From a virus (Duplodnaviria > Caudoviricetes), in the IMG/VR virus record IMGVR_UViG_3300004633_000009, positions 1-31,693 of that record: DNA of 31,693 nt; one strand, 5' to 3'. The position numbers were made by a program, and so were the translations under genes. Under the pieces are notes generated by a model that worked only from the letters and a program-made list of their open reading frames with translations, did no database searches and had not been told where the DNA came from. Of this stretch, positions 17,102-25,428 are shown piece by piece. Numbering within the stretch: position 1 is the first letter of the stretch; each line of letters opens with the position of its first letter.

Positions 17102-17313
17102 GCACAGTCCTCCTGACTCACTACCAGGCTTTCGACCGCGATGGTCGGCGTCTCGGTTCTTACGATGCCGCCGAATCGGCTATCAGACATGCGATCAAGC
17201 ATGGACTAGCAGTGCGCGTTCTCCATCGATACAACTGGGGCGGTTACACCCGTCTCGGGGAGTGGCTCTATCGTCCAGACGACTGGCCTGTCGATTGGAG
17301 GGAACGCCAATGA
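17098..17313 (+). CDS. Hypothetical protein (71 aa)
   Basis: GGAGG SD; ATGA overlaps at both ends. Confidence 0.7.
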   Translation: MSTVLLTHYQAFDRDGRRLGSYDAAESAIRHAIKHGLAVRVLHRYNWGGYTRLGEWLYRPDDWPVDWRERQ

Positions 17314-18707
17314 GCATCGTCAAAAAACGCTGCGGCTGCGGCGAAGCGCGCTGGACTAAGTGTACCGATCCTTGGTACCTGAAAGTCGTCGAAGTCACTG
17401 ACGCGAGCGGGCACACGCGCTCGTACGCGCCGAACCTCACGCGTTACGCGCGCGTGGTACTCAATCGCGCGATCACCACGAAAACCGAAGCGGAAGAGGT
17501 CGGCGAGGACGTCCGACGCGCCATCCGCGACGGCACTTTCCAGGACGCGCGCACGCAGCGCACCGCGAACATTGCGCAAGCCATCGCGCAAGGCCGCACG
17601 ATCGCGGAACTGGCGCCGAGCTACGACGCGGCGCACATCGACGGCGACCCGGTCAAGAAGCCGAATTCCAAAGTAAACGACCGCGCCATCCTAAAGCGGT
17701 TGAGCATTGCGTTCGCGGATCGGCCGGCGGCTTCACTCGACATCAACGACCTTGTGGCCTTCCGCCGCGGGCTCGATGTTGCGAACTCCACGTGGAACAA
17801 GCATCGAACGTTCATCGGGCAGTTTTTTCGATGGGCGAAATGGTCCGGGCACATCGAGGTCGATCCGATCGCCGCGGCGCCGCCGGACATGGTGAAACTG
17901 TTGCGCCGCAAAAAAGCACGGCAGCGGCTGCGGCGCATCAACGACACCGAGTGGGCGAATCTCCTCGAGGCCGCGCAGGAGAACCGGTACGCAGACGTCA
18001 GCACGCGCGTACGGGCGCTCTTGATCGCGCTGTGGGAAACGGCCGCGCGTATTGGCGAATTGCTCGCGCTGCAATGGCGGGACGTGCACCTTGAGCAACG
18101 CTATCTGTTCATCCGCGCCGAAGAGGACGGCGCCGGCAAAACCGAAGAGGGCCGCACGATCGACCTCTCGCAACCGCTCTACGATGTGTTGCTCACGTTG
18201 CAAATGGACCCGGCGGGCCAGCGATTTCCGCGCGCCGCTTACGTGTTCGGCAATTCCTACGGCGAGCGCGTGAAGAGCATCGATAAGGCCTTCAACACGC
18301 TGGTGCTTCGGGCGAACAACATCGAACCCGAATGGACCGGCCGCGGCGGCTCGCTCATTGAAGCTTCACGCGCCGAGTTGAGCCGCATCGATCTCAACGT
18401 ACATGACATTCGGCACGAGACAGCCTGCCGTTGGCTCGCAAGCGGGTGCTTCGATCTCGCGCAAATCAGCAAACGCCTCGGCCACACCACGGTGGCGCAA
18501 ACCGCGACCTATCTGCACGCGGAAACAGGCTCGCTGCGCCACGCACAACGCCAGTACGACCAGCACCGCCAGCAGGAAGAACAGCAGGAGAAAACCGCTC
18601 AATCCGCGCAAACTCCGTACAAAGTCCGTACAAATACCGCAGGCCGGTCGAATCGCGCGCAACTGCCACGGCTCATCAAAGGACGTAACACACCGCACAA
18701 TCAGTAA
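17310..18707 (+). CDS. int: Tyrosine integrase (465 aa)
   Basis: ETAARIGE (R), GKT (K), HDIRH, LGH and TATY catalytic motifs; GGAGG SD; next to attP. Confidence 0.96.
   Translation: MSIVKKRCGCGEARWTKCTDPWYLKVVEVTDASGHTRSYAPNLTRYARVVLNRAITTKTEAEEVGEDVRRAIRDGTFQDARTQRTANIAQAIAQGRTIAELAPSYDAAHIDGDPVKKPNSKVNDRAILKRLSIAFADRPAASLDINDLVAFRRGLDVANSTWNKHRTFIGQFFRWAKWSGHIEVDPIAAAPPDMVKLLRRKKARQRLRRINDTEWANLLEAAQENRYADVSTRVRALLIALWETAARIGELLALQWRDVHLEQRYLFIRAEEDGAGKTEEGRTIDLSQPLYDVLLTLQMDPAGQRFPRAAYVFGNSYGERVKSIDKAFNTLVLRANNIEPEWTGRGGSLIEASRAELSRIDLNVHDIRHETACRWLASGCFDLAQISKRLGHTTVAQTATYLHAETGSLRHAQRQYDQHRQQEEQQEKTAQSAQTPYKVRTNTAGRSNRAQLPRLIKGRNTPHNQ
18608..18634 (+). repeat. attP arm-type site, left copy of 27-bp direct repeat containing 2x TCCGTACAAA
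   Basis: GCAAACTCCGTACAAAGTCCGTACAAA, identical to 18869-18895; flanks the tRNA fragment. Confidence 0.85.
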
Positions 18708-18711
18708 CTTA
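18699..18711 (+). promoter_or_regulatory. IHF-like binding site in attP
   Basis: AATCAGTAACTTA fits WATCARNNNNTTR; one-mismatch copy at 18844-18856. Confidence 0.55.
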
Positions 18712-18721
18712 CAGGACACAC

Positions 18722-18761
18722 GCGCCCGTAGCTCAGGGGATAGAGCACCCGCCTCCTAAGC
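18722..18761 (+). other. attP core: 5' half of tRNA-Arg(CCT), not a full tRNA
   Basis: GCGCCCG-TA-GCTC-AGGGGATA-GAGC-A-CCCGC-CTCCTAA-GC, then similarity stops; no T-arm or 3' acceptor strand. Confidence 0.9.
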
Positions 18762-18868
18762 TTTTTCAGGCCTTTTGCAGTTCTCGATCGTGGGTGCGCA
18801 TTCGCTAATTCCCTAACAAATCAGCACATATGCCGCAGCGACTAATCAAGTTGCTGCGGCACTTTTCA

Positions 18869-18895
18869 GCAAACTCCGTACAAAGTCCGTACAAA
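18869..18895 (+). repeat. attP arm-type site, right copy of 27-bp direct repeat
   Basis: Identical to 18608-18634. Confidence 0.85.
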
Positions 18896-18930
18896 ATTCG
18901 CGCGAGAGCGCGCCCGCGCGCGCTACCAAA

Positions 18931-18966
18931 CTGCATTTTGAAAATGCAGAATGCTCCGCGTAGGAT
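18931..18966 (+). promoter_or_regulatory. Candidate late promoter TTGAAA-N17-TAGGAT with palindrome CTGCATTTT-G-AAAATGCAG over the -35
   Basis: -35 at 18938-18943, -10 at 18961-18966, palindrome 18931-18949; upstream of the packaging genes. Confidence 0.65.
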
Positions 18967-18991
18967 CGGCGCGTGGCGCGAAGGAAGACCC

Positions 18992-19203
18992 ATGTCGAGC
19001 ATCAACGACAAGCTCGGAATACGACCCGCCGGTAAGCGCGCCATGATGAAACTCCCGGAGGATCGCGCGCTCCGGAACCGCGTCACCGCGGCGCGCTGTC
19101 CGCAGTGCGATCGCACCGGTGCCCGTCTGTCCCGTCTGTCGCGAGCACGCTCGAACTCTGGTGCTCGTGGTGCAACGCACGGTGGCCATTGCCCGAGGTC
19201 TGA
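18992..19203 (+). pseudogene. Frameshifted small zinc-ribbon gene (CPQC ... CSWC)
   Basis: ATG 18992 with AGGA SD encodes CPQC; the -1 frame encodes LELWCSWCNARWPLPEV and stops at TGA 19201-19203, abutting the HNH ATG. Confidence 0.6.
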
Positions 19204-19626
19204 ATGCCGCATCGTCCGCCGCGCGTGTGTTCGACTTGCGGCCAAGTAGGGTGCTCTGGGCACGCGAAACCCTCCTGGCAGACTGCACGTGTCGAACCGC
19301 CCCGCATCCGTGGCCGCCGCTTGCAGTGGATGCGGCGCATGCTATTCGAGCGGTCGCCGCTGTGTGTGCTCTGTCGCGCTGCCGGTCGTATCACTGTCGC
19401 GACCATTCGCGATCACATCGTCCCGCTGGCCGAAGGTGGCGCAGATGCCAGCCACAATGAGCAGGCGCTCTGCGTCGCGTGTCACGATCTCAAGAGCGCC
19501 GCCGAGACGGCGCGCGGGATTGCTCGCTCTCACACATCACGATCATCATCGGCAGTTACAGCGAATCGGATCGCTGTAACTGCACGCGAAGATCATCCGA
19601 AAGCGAAAGGTCCGATTTCGTCATGA
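19204..19626 (+). CDS. Terminase-associated HNH endonuclease (HK97 gp74-like)
   Basis: PLCVLC...DHIVPLAEGG...NEQALCVACH; directly upstream of terminase. Confidence 0.9.
   Translation: MPHRPPRVCSTCGQVGCSGHAKPSWQTARVEPPRIRGRRLQWMRRMLFERSPLCVLCRAAGRITVATIRDHIVPLAEGGADASHNEQALCVACHDLKSAAETARGIARSHTSRSSSAVTANRIAVTAREDHPKAKGPISS
19552..19583. repeat. Perfect 13-bp inverted repeat GCAGTTACAGCGA-N6-TCGCTGTAACTGC
   Basis: Seen directly. Confidence 0.92.
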
Positions 19627-19700
19627 CCGGGGGGGCAGTCGCGTGCAGTCACGCGCAGCCGGAAACCGACGCCGGCTGGCAATTTTTGTCACCCGAGATG
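19626..19700. other. Probable cos/packaging region
   Basis: Between HNH and terL as in HK97-like cos phages; CCGGGGGGGC run, inverted repeats 19641-19654 and 19656-19678, then AATTTTT; cut site not determinable. Confidence 0.5.
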
Positions 19701-19767
19701 GTTTGGCGCGCCAATGTGTGCAGTTCCAACCATTTCGCTTTCGCCTCTGCACGAGGCCGAAAAGTTA

Positions 19768-19814
19768 GCGGATCGTGAAACGCCGTAAGTTGTCGACGCG
19801 GATCGTGAAACGCC
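19768..19814 (+). repeat. 17-bp direct repeat GCGGATCGTGAAACGCC x2, 30-bp period
   Basis: 19768-19784 and 19798-19814. Confidence 0.9.
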
Positions 19815-21643
19815 CGCTGTCACGAGTGACGCGACGGCCGCCGCGACCGCCGCGCCTCTCCGATGCGGAACGCGCGCGGCGCGGGACGTTAGAACCGTAT
19901 CTGCGCCGGGAGACCAAACCCAAGCCCACGCGTGTCCGACCGATCCCGCGTCCGTCGCTGCGGGATTATGTGCGCATCGCGCGGCAGTACGGCGCGGACG
20001 TCCTGAGCGGGCGACTCGTCGCGTGTGACTGGGTCAAGCTCGCGTGTGAGCGCCAGGACCGCGACACGATGCGCGCGACCACCGATCCGAGCTGGCCGTA
20101 CGTCTGGAGTGATGCCCACGCGGTCGAGGCCTGCACATTCCTCGAGCATCTGCCGCACGTCGAAGGGCAATGGCCGACGCGGACGCTGCAGCTCGAGCCG
20201 TGTCAGATCTGGCTGGTGACGACACTCGTCGGCTGGCGACAGCGCGCGCATCCGGCGCGGCGGCGATTCACGGTGCTGTACTTCGAGGTCGGGCGCAAGG
20301 CAGCGAAGTCGACGCTGATGGCCGGTCTGGCGTTGTATCACATGCGGCACGAGCACGAACCCGGCGCGCAGGTCGTCTGCGGCGCGACGACGGGATCGCA
20401 AGCGCGGATTGCCTTCGGTATTGCCCAGAAGATGGTGCGCGCCTCGGCCTGGTTGCGCGCGCGCGGGTTCCAGGCGTTCGCGAATGCGATCATCACGCCG
20501 ACGGCGGCGGCGAAGCCGGTCAATGCGAAGGCCTCGACACAAGACGGCTTGAATCCCAGTTGCATCGTGCTCGACGAATCGCACGCGCAGAAATTCGCCT
20601 TACACGATGTGTTGCGATCGGCGCAAGGCGCGCGCACGAATCCGCTCCTGTTGTGCCCGACGACGGCCGGGTACGACTTGCTATCCGTCGGCTACGCCTT
20701 GCGCACGACGGTCACCAAAGTCCTCCAACAAGTCTTTCCGGCCGAGCATCTGCTCGGCGTCATTTACACGCTCGACGAAGGCGACGACTGGCGCGATGCG
20801 CGCGTGTGGCAGAAGGCGAACCCGATGATTGGGATCACGCCCACGCGAGACTGGGTGCAACAGTACTGCGCCGACGCGCAACAGACACCGGGCCTCGAGG
20901 GCGAGTTCCGCGTCAAGGTGTGCAGTGAATGGCTTCAGAGCGCGCGGACGTGGCTCTCCCTGACGCAATGGGACGCGTGCACGGATCCGACGCTGAGACT
21001 CGAGGCATTCACCGGCGCGCGTTGCTGGATGGGCGGCGACCTCGCGCAAATCGACGATCTCGCCGCGGTCGCGTTGTGCTTCGAACGTGATGCCGACATC
21101 GTCGCGTTCGTGCAGTTCTATTTACCGCGGGCCGTCGTCGAGGAACGCGCGCGCACAGTGCCGGCGTATCTTGCGTGGACGCGCGCCGGCGTGCTGACGC
21201 TGACGGATGGCACCATGATCGATTACGGCCGCATCGAGGCGGACGTCCGCGCCTGGTGCAAACGGTTTCGCGTCGAGGCGCTGCGGTTCGACCAGTACGG
21301 ATCCGCCGGGATCGTCTCGAGTCTGGCCGCGGACGGCTATCCGGCGGCGATTCTCGACAAGAACCGGAAGACGATCACGCCGGCGGCGCGCGAACTCGAG
21401 ACGCGCGTCAAGCACGGCCGATTCCGGCATGATGGCAATCCCTGCCTACGCTGGAACGCCTCGAATGCCGTCGTCACGCGTGGCGTCGATGATTCGATCA
21501 TTCCGAAAAAAGACCTGCCGGAATCGCCGAACAAAATCGACGGGATTGACGCGTTGCTGCAGGCCATGTCGGCGATGCTGACGCCGCCGGCGCCGACGCC
21601 GAGTTATCAGGTGTACGTGTTCGGCGGCGGCGCGCGTGTCTAA
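19775..21643 (+). CDS. terL: Terminase large subunit with basic N-terminal extension (start uncertain)
   Basis: Walker A variant VGRKAAKSTL, Walker B IVLDESH, TTAG motif, WQKANP, KIDGIDA nuclease motif. Confidence 0.96.
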   Translation: MKRRKLSTRIVKRPLSRVTRRPPRPPRLSDAERARRGTLEPYLRRETKPKPTRVRPIPRPSLRDYVRIARQYGADVLSGRLVACDWVKLACERQDRDTMRATTDPSWPYVWSDAHAVEACTFLEHLPHVEGQWPTRTLQLEPCQIWLVTTLVGWRQRAHPARRRFTVLYFEVGRKAAKSTLMAGLALYHMRHEHEPGAQVVCGATTGSQARIAFGIAQKMVRASAWLRARGFQAFANAIITPTAAAKPVNAKASTQDGLNPSCIVLDESHAQKFALHDVLRSAQGARTNPLLLCPTTAGYDLLSVGYALRTTVTKVLQQVFPAEHLLGVIYTLDEGDDWRDARVWQKANPMIGITPTRDWVQQYCADAQQTPGLEGEFRVKVCSEWLQSARTWLSLTQWDACTDPTLRLEAFTGARCWMGGDLAQIDDLAAVALCFERDADIVAFVQFYLPRAVVEERARTVPAYLAWTRAGVLTLTDGTMIDYGRIEADVRAWCKRFRVEALRFDQYGSAGIVSSLAADGYPAAILDKNRKTITPAARELETRVKHGRFRHDGNPCLRWNASNAVVTRGVDDSIIPKKDLPESPNKIDGIDALLQAMSAMLTPPAPTPSYQVYVFGGGARV

Positions 21644-21839
21644 ACCGCGCGGGCGGCCGCGACAGCCGGATCCGCTGGCCGTCGGCGTGCACGTCCGGAT
21701 GACACCGGCGCAACGCCTTGAACTCCATCGCGTCGCGAACGAGAACGGGATGCGACTCTCAACGGTCGTGCGGGAGGCCGTCGACGAATTCGTCGGCGAC
21801 TACGCCGATCGGCGGCCGTTTCGGCGCCTCACGAAGTGA
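21636..21839 (+). CDS. Small RHH-like DNA-binding protein with AT-hook-like RGRPR
   Basis: PRGRPR...VHVRMTPAQRLELHRVANENGMRLSTVVREAV. Confidence 0.72.
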   Translation: MSKPRGRPRQPDPLAVGVHVRMTPAQRLELHRVANENGMRLSTVVREAVDEFVGDYADRRPFRRLTK

Positions 21840-21893
21840 CCGGGGATTTTCCGTAGCACAACAATTCGGGCCGGGTGGACAATTGGCGCCCGT

Positions 21894-23801
21894 ATGGCCG
21901 CAGTCGTCCGCCGCGCGTACGGCCTCCTGCACATCAAGGCGCTCGAAGACGAGCGCCGCACGATCGCCGGCGTGGCGTCAACGCCGGAACCCGATCGGAT
22001 GGGCGACATCATCGAGCCGCTCGGGATTACGTTTCAGAATCCCGTCCCGCTGCTGCTGTATCACGACACGCGGCAGCCGATCGGGCAGGTCACCTTCAAG
22101 CCGCCGACCGCCGACGGGTTGTCATTCACGGCAACGCTGCCGGACGTGCAGGATCCCGGCACGCTGCGCGATCGGATCGAGGAGGCCTGGCAGAGTCTCA
22201 AAACGGGTCTGCTCGCCGGCGTGTCGATTGGTTTCCGGTCGATCGAGGACGCCTGGAACAAAGAGACCGGCGGGTTTCACTTTCTCAAGACGGAAGTCCT
22301 CGAACTGTCGCTCGTGGCGATTCCGGCGAACGCCTCGGCGACGATTCACACGATCAAATCGTTAGATCTGGCCGCGTCCGGCCCTCATCCGCCCGGCGTT
22401 CCGGGCCCGATCCCGATCGTCCGCGCGACAAAGGACGCGCGCCCGATGGGTACTGTCTTGACCACTCCGGAACAAATCACGCAATGGGAAGCCTCGCGCC
22501 AGGCCAAGAGTGCACGCCTGACCGCGATCATGGCCGAGGCCGCGAACACCTCGACGACGCTGGATCCCCAGCAAACGGAGGAGTACGACACCCTCGCGCG
22601 CGAGGTCGAGTCGATTGATGCACATCTCGTGCGCCTGCACGCGCTCGAAAAAACGAATCTCTCGGCGGCGGTCCCGGTGCAGCGCATCACCGATCCACCC
22701 TCGGCGTCACTTGTGCGCGGCGGGGGTCCGGTGATCACGGTCAAAGCGCTGACCGAACCGGGGACGGGGTTCGTCCGGTTCGCACAGGCCTTGATGGCGT
22801 GCAAGGGCAACGCGATGGCGGCCGTCGAATTCGCCCGACGCTGGGAGGACTCGACGCCCGAAGTGGTAATTGCACTCAAAGCGGCCGTGGCGGCCGGCAC
22901 GACGACCGACGCCGTGTGGGCCGGCCCACTCGCGCCGATCAAACCCCTGGTGAATGAATTCATGGCCCTGTTGCGGCCGGCGACCGTGCTCGGCCGGATT
23001 CCGAATCTGCGCCAGGTCCCGTTCAATATCAGCGTCCCGATTCAGACCGGCGGCGGCACGTACAAATGGGTCGGCCAGAACGCGCCGAAGCCGGTCGGGT
23101 CGCTCGCCTTCGGGACGATCACGCTCGGGATCACCAAGTGCGCCGGGATCATCGTGATCACGGACGAACTCGCGCGCAATTCCACGCCGAGCGCTGAGGC
23201 GATCATCCGCGCCGACATGATCGCCGGCATCGCGCAGTTCCTCGATGTGGAATTCACCGATCCCACAAAAGCCGCGGTCGCCGGCGTCTCGCCGGGATCG
23301 ATCACCAACGGCGTCACGCCGATCACGTCTGCGGGCACGACGCCAGCGAACGCGCGGACCGATATCCAAGCTCTGATCAACGCACTGACCGCGGCGAACA
23401 TTTCGGCCGAGGGCGCGGTGCTGCTGATGTCCCAGACCAACGCGGCGGCGCTCGCCTCTGCTTTGAACGCGTTAGGGCAACCGTTGTTTCCGGCGTTGAC
23501 CGTCAACGGCGGCACGGCGATGGGGATCCAGGTGATCGCGAGCCAATCGGTCGGCGCGAACGTGATCCTGATCTCGCCGCCGACGGTCCTGTACGCGGAC
23601 GATGGCGGCGTCACGATCGACGCGTCCGTCGAGGCCTCCGTGCAGATGGACTCGGCGCCGATGAGTCCACCGGATGCGACGGTGGTCATGACCTCGCTGT
23701 GGCAGAACAATTTGGTCGGGTTGCGTGCCGAACGGTATGTGAACTGGAAACGCGGCCGCGCTGCGGGGGTGCAGTACACGGTACAGACCTATGTCGCCTA
23801 A
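21894..23801 (+). CDS. HK97-type prohead protease fused to major capsid protein
   Basis: DRMGDII, PLLLYHD, GVSIGF, ELSLVAIPAN (protease); coiled-coil delta-like segment; SLWQNNLVGLRAERYVNW (capsid). Confidence 0.95.
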   Translation: MAAVVRRAYGLLHIKALEDERRTIAGVASTPEPDRMGDIIEPLGITFQNPVPLLLYHDTRQPIGQVTFKPPTADGLSFTATLPDVQDPGTLRDRIEEAWQSLKTGLLAGVSIGFRSIEDAWNKETGGFHFLKTEVLELSLVAIPANASATIHTIKSLDLAASGPHPPGVPGPIPIVRATKDARPMGTVLTTPEQITQWEASRQAKSARLTAIMAEAANTSTTLDPQQTEEYDTLAREVESIDAHLVRLHALEKTNLSAAVPVQRITDPPSASLVRGGGPVITVKALTEPGTGFVRFAQALMACKGNAMAAVEFARRWEDSTPEVVIALKAAVAAGTTTDAVWAGPLAPIKPLVNEFMALLRPATVLGRIPNLRQVPFNISVPIQTGGGTYKWVGQNAPKPVGSLAFGTITLGITKCAGIIVITDELARNSTPSAEAIIRADMIAGIAQFLDVEFTDPTKAAVAGVSPGSITNGVTPITSAGTTPANARTDIQALINALTAANISAEGAVLLMSQTNAAALASALNALGQPLFPALTVNGGTAMGIQVIASQSVGANVILISPPTVLYADDGGVTIDASVEASVQMDSAPMSPPDATVVMTSLWQNNLVGLRAERYVNWKRGRAAGVQYTVQTYVA

Positions 23802-24024
23802 TCCGCCACTCCCGTCGCTGGATCGGTTGCGTGAACTGTTCCCCGGCATCGACGGATTTGACAAGCCTCTCGATTCACCGGTGAATCTCGTCGCCGTCGT
23901 CTATCACACGATCGACCATCAGGTCACGTTCGAGGAAGGCGACACGTACAGCACGGACTATGCGCCACTCGTCTCGACGGTGATCGGGTGTGGATTCGCG
24001 GGCCTCGCGCCGCCGGGTCCGTAG
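23791..24024 (+). CDS. Small head-region hypothetical protein
   Basis: Tiles between capsid and portal genes. Confidence 0.65.
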   Translation: MSPNPPLPSLDRLRELFPGIDGFDKPLDSPVNLVAVVYHTIDHQVTFEEGDTYSTDYAPLVSTVIGCGFAGLAPPGP

Positions 24025-25428
24025 ATGACGGTCTTCGGGTTCACGATCACGCGCACCAAAGCGGCGCCGCCGCTCGCGCCCGTCGTCCCCTCGCAGGGCA
24101 CGACGCGCGGCGGCGGCTGGTACCCCGTCGTCCGCGAATCGTATACGGGCGCCTGGCAACAGAACGTCACCGTCGCGCCCTCGACGGTCCTCAGTTACGG
24201 CGCCGTCTACGCGTGTGTCACGACGATCGCCTCGGATGTCTCCAAGCTCGATCTGCAGTTGGTGATCGAGGACGAGTTCGGCGTCTGGACCCCGACGACG
24301 AATCCCGCGTTTTCGCCGGTACTCCGGCGGCCGAACCGCTACCAGAACCGGATCCAGTTTTTGCAAAACTGGATGCTGTCCAAACTGATCAACGGCAATG
24401 CCTACCTCCTGAAGCAACGCGATCAGCGCGGCGTCGTGATCGCGCTCTACGTCTTGGATCCGTGGCGCGTGTGGCCACTCGTCGCGCCCGATGGCGCGGT
24501 GTACTACTCGGTCGGCCGGGATCCCCTCGCGCAGCTCGCGCCGGAGGATCTCCTCACGGCCAACGGTCTGCCGGCGATCCCGGCGAGTGAGATCATCCAC
24601 GATCCGATGATCCCGCTCTACCATCCATTAATCGGCGTGTCGCCGATTTACGCGTGCGGCCTCGCGGCGCTGCAAGGCCTGGCGATTCAGAACAATTCGA
24701 ACAAGTTTTTTGCGAACGGATCGGCGCCAGGCGGAATCCTCACGGCGCCAGGCTCGATCAACGACGACACGGCGAAGCGGCTCAAGGATTATTGGGACGC
24801 GAATTTCACCGGCGACAACATCGGCAAAGTCGCGTTACTCGGCGACGGCCTGAAGTACGAAGCACTCAGTGTCAACGCGATCGACGCGCAGCTTATCGAT
24901 CAGTTGAAATGGACGGGCGAGGACGTCGCGCGGTGTTTTCACATGCCCGCGTACATGGTCGGCATCGGCGCCCCGCCGACCCATGTCGCGACGACGGAGG
25001 CCCTCCTCCAGCAGTATTACGCGCAGTGTTTGCAGATTCTCTTGACATGCGTCGAACAGTGTCTCGACGAAGGCCTCGGGTTGGTGCTGCCGATCAACGG
25101 GACGCAGTACGGGATCCAGTTCGATCTCGATGATCTGATCTGGATGGATACCGGGACCCGCACGAAGGCGGCGGCCGACGGGATTGGATCCGGGGCCTTG
25201 GCGCCTGATGAGGCGCGCGCGAAGTACTTCGGCCTCGGCCCGGTCGCCGGCGGCGATACCCCGTACTTGCAGCAGCAGTATTTCTCGCTCGAGGCACTCG
25301 CCGAACGGGATGCGATGCAACCGTTCGCCAAACCGGTGCCGGCCGCGCAACCGCCGCAGAGGACCGGCCTGACGCCCGCGGACATTCGGCAGCGCGCCGC
25401 GGCACGGTTACTCGAGCGCGTCGCATGA
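24025..25428 (+). CDS. HK97-family portal protein
   Basis: AVYACVTTIASDV, RPNRYQ, GNAY, GVSPI, FFANGSAPGGIL motifs. Confidence 0.96.
   Translation: MTVFGFTITRTKAAPPLAPVVPSQGTTRGGGWYPVVRESYTGAWQQNVTVAPSTVLSYGAVYACVTTIASDVSKLDLQLVIEDEFGVWTPTTNPAFSPVLRRPNRYQNRIQFLQNWMLSKLINGNAYLLKQRDQRGVVIALYVLDPWRVWPLVAPDGAVYYSVGRDPLAQLAPEDLLTANGLPAIPASEIIHDPMIPLYHPLIGVSPIYACGLAALQGLAIQNNSNKFFANGSAPGGILTAPGSINDDTAKRLKDYWDANFTGDNIGKVALLGDGLKYEALSVNAIDAQLIDQLKWTGEDVARCFHMPAYMVGIGAPPTHVATTEALLQQYYAQCLQILLTCVEQCLDEGLGLVLPINGTQYGIQFDLDDLIWMDTGTRTKAAADGIGSGALAPDEARAKYFGLGPVAGGDTPYLQQQYFSLEALAERDAMQPFAKPVPAAQPPQRTGLTPADIRQRAAARLLERVA

Noticed and set aside
18722-18800. Functional phage-encoded tRNA-Arg
   Set aside because: Anticodon stem incomplete; no T-arm, 3' acceptor strand or CCA
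19525-19625. Hammerhead ribozyme on the minus strand (GAAA ... CCGATGA)
   Set aside because: Core reads CCGAUGA followed by U rather than CUGAUGA-purine, and stem I cannot form
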